Shown here piece by piece: positions 62,866 through 64,000 of a stretch of DNA of 64,000 bases (its first letter is position 1; each line of letters begins with the position of its first letter). Source of the DNA: Thalia democratica (Eukaryota); assembly GCA_965202585.1 (NCBI GenBank), contig OZ241833.1:43958001-44022000 (forward strand). The letters are read 5' to 3'. The notes beneath the pieces are model-generated. The model worked only from the letters and a program-made list of their open reading frames with translations, was not told the DNA's origin and did no database searches. Position numbers and translations under genes: made by a program.

Positions 62866-64000
62866 TTTTACTCCCGATTTTAAGTCTTTATCTAATATTT
62901 TACTAGAAATTCGAGAACTAGATTACTTTTTAAGGTGTTACATAGTTTTTTACTGGTGTATTTAAATTTTTTAAAGTTTAAAAATTTTTATGTATCTAAA
63001 AAATTTTAGACAATTATGTTGTTTTTTAAAGTTGTCTATTAAAATCTAATAAAATAAAAAATGCTTAACCCCACAACAAAAAAAAATCCAGACACGCCCC
63101 TTGTTTGTAAGTATAAATTAAACCTACAACAGTTTTTTTTTCATGTATTAACTTTTGAGTTGTAGCCCGTCAAACATTTTTTTAAGAAAATAAGTTGTCA
63201 GAAATTGAACTATGCAGATTTGAATAGTCGTACACCCTTAAATAAGTACTACAATGAAGTTAAACCTTAATAAATGCATAAAAGCTAGCCTTTTATAAAC
63301 CTGATATAAACTTACTCAACTTAAAAAATTTTTTATAACCGTGATTACTCGCCTTCATAGATACCTGAATGGGAATTATTAAATGCAAGGAAAAATTTGT
63401 TGAAAGAAATAAGAAAGTCTAAAGAACATAAAATTATTTGGTGAAAAGTAAAAAGAGAGCTAGAAAATAATAACTATGATTGAACTTTTAATAATAAGTT
63501 TTTAAGTTTCAATAACAAATTTTTTAAACTTGAAATAAAATAGCTTATCACATAAATTTGAAAGGCTTTAGATTATTTTCTTATTTGTTTTTGACGTACC
63601 AAAACTTGTGCATTAATTATTTATTTATTTAAAGTAGTTTTAATTTACTAAGTATCGAGAGCTTCAAAGACCACTAAGCGTATCTTGAGTAAATTTATTT
63701 CAAAAATCTTTTAGTTTTTTGTAGTTTTTTAAATATATACTGAACTAAACTTTTAAAACTTAACTGAAATTTTTATTATGTTAAATAATATTACAGGTAA
63801 TATGTTTCTTAAAATATTACTTGCAAATATTTGGTAACATTATAACCTTAGGTTTGAAGTTAATAGTTTTTTTTAACTGCTGAAGCTTCTGGATGTTTTA
63901 CGAAATCCCTGTAAGGATAGGTATAAGTTTCAAACAAACTGTGTAGTTTAACTTTTATGATAATATTCCCTCGAAAAATTATAAAGTTTTTAAATAAATT

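Noticed and set aside
63060-63105. aaaaaatccagacacgcccctt resembling a DNA-transposon terminus
   Set aside because: No matching opposite end or TSD was found in the window.

Overview
Very AT-rich eukaryotic DNA, most likely an animal genome (Hydra-like by composition and transposon types; inferred, not confirmed). There is no sign of prokaryotic features: no rRNA, tRNA or CRISPR was recognised. The window is dominated by a birth-and-death cluster of about 15 copies of one unrecognised gene family with an uninterrupted CDS. Four copies are intact (3223-4542 +, 7697-9562 -, 13910-15226 +, 25719-27590 +); the rest are truncated or pseudogenised. Each protein has a conserved N-terminal signal-anchor (MIKLSLKLDVSSTKLLIGFVGVSATLGALYYL), an N/D/E/K-rich linker built from a variable number of ~115-aa modules, and a ~200-aa helical C-terminal region whose first ~80 aa resembles a death domain by eye. 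Copies sit in duplicated blocks (~10.6 kb and ~8.3 kb offsets) and show gene-conversion-like tracts, an invariant splice acceptor 21 nt before the ATG and shared upstream modules. Embedded in the cluster is a compositionally foreign (~50% GC), intronless, open ORF (54046-54870) derived from an Ariadne/ARIH RBR ubiquitin ligase. It keeps one IBR zinc site and the Ariadne domain but has lost RING1 and the catalytic RING2, so it is a candidate horizontally acquired pseudo-ligase or decoy. Mobile DNA includes a 5'-truncated Penelope-like retroelement (RT + GIY-YIG) with a hammerhead-like motif at its 3' end, degenerate Penelope and hATm-like fragments, hAT-type MITEs, a ~1.14-kb tandem repeat and a 15-bp minisatellite. 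All homology calls are by-eye pattern matches to remembered family motifs and need HMM or structure confirmation.
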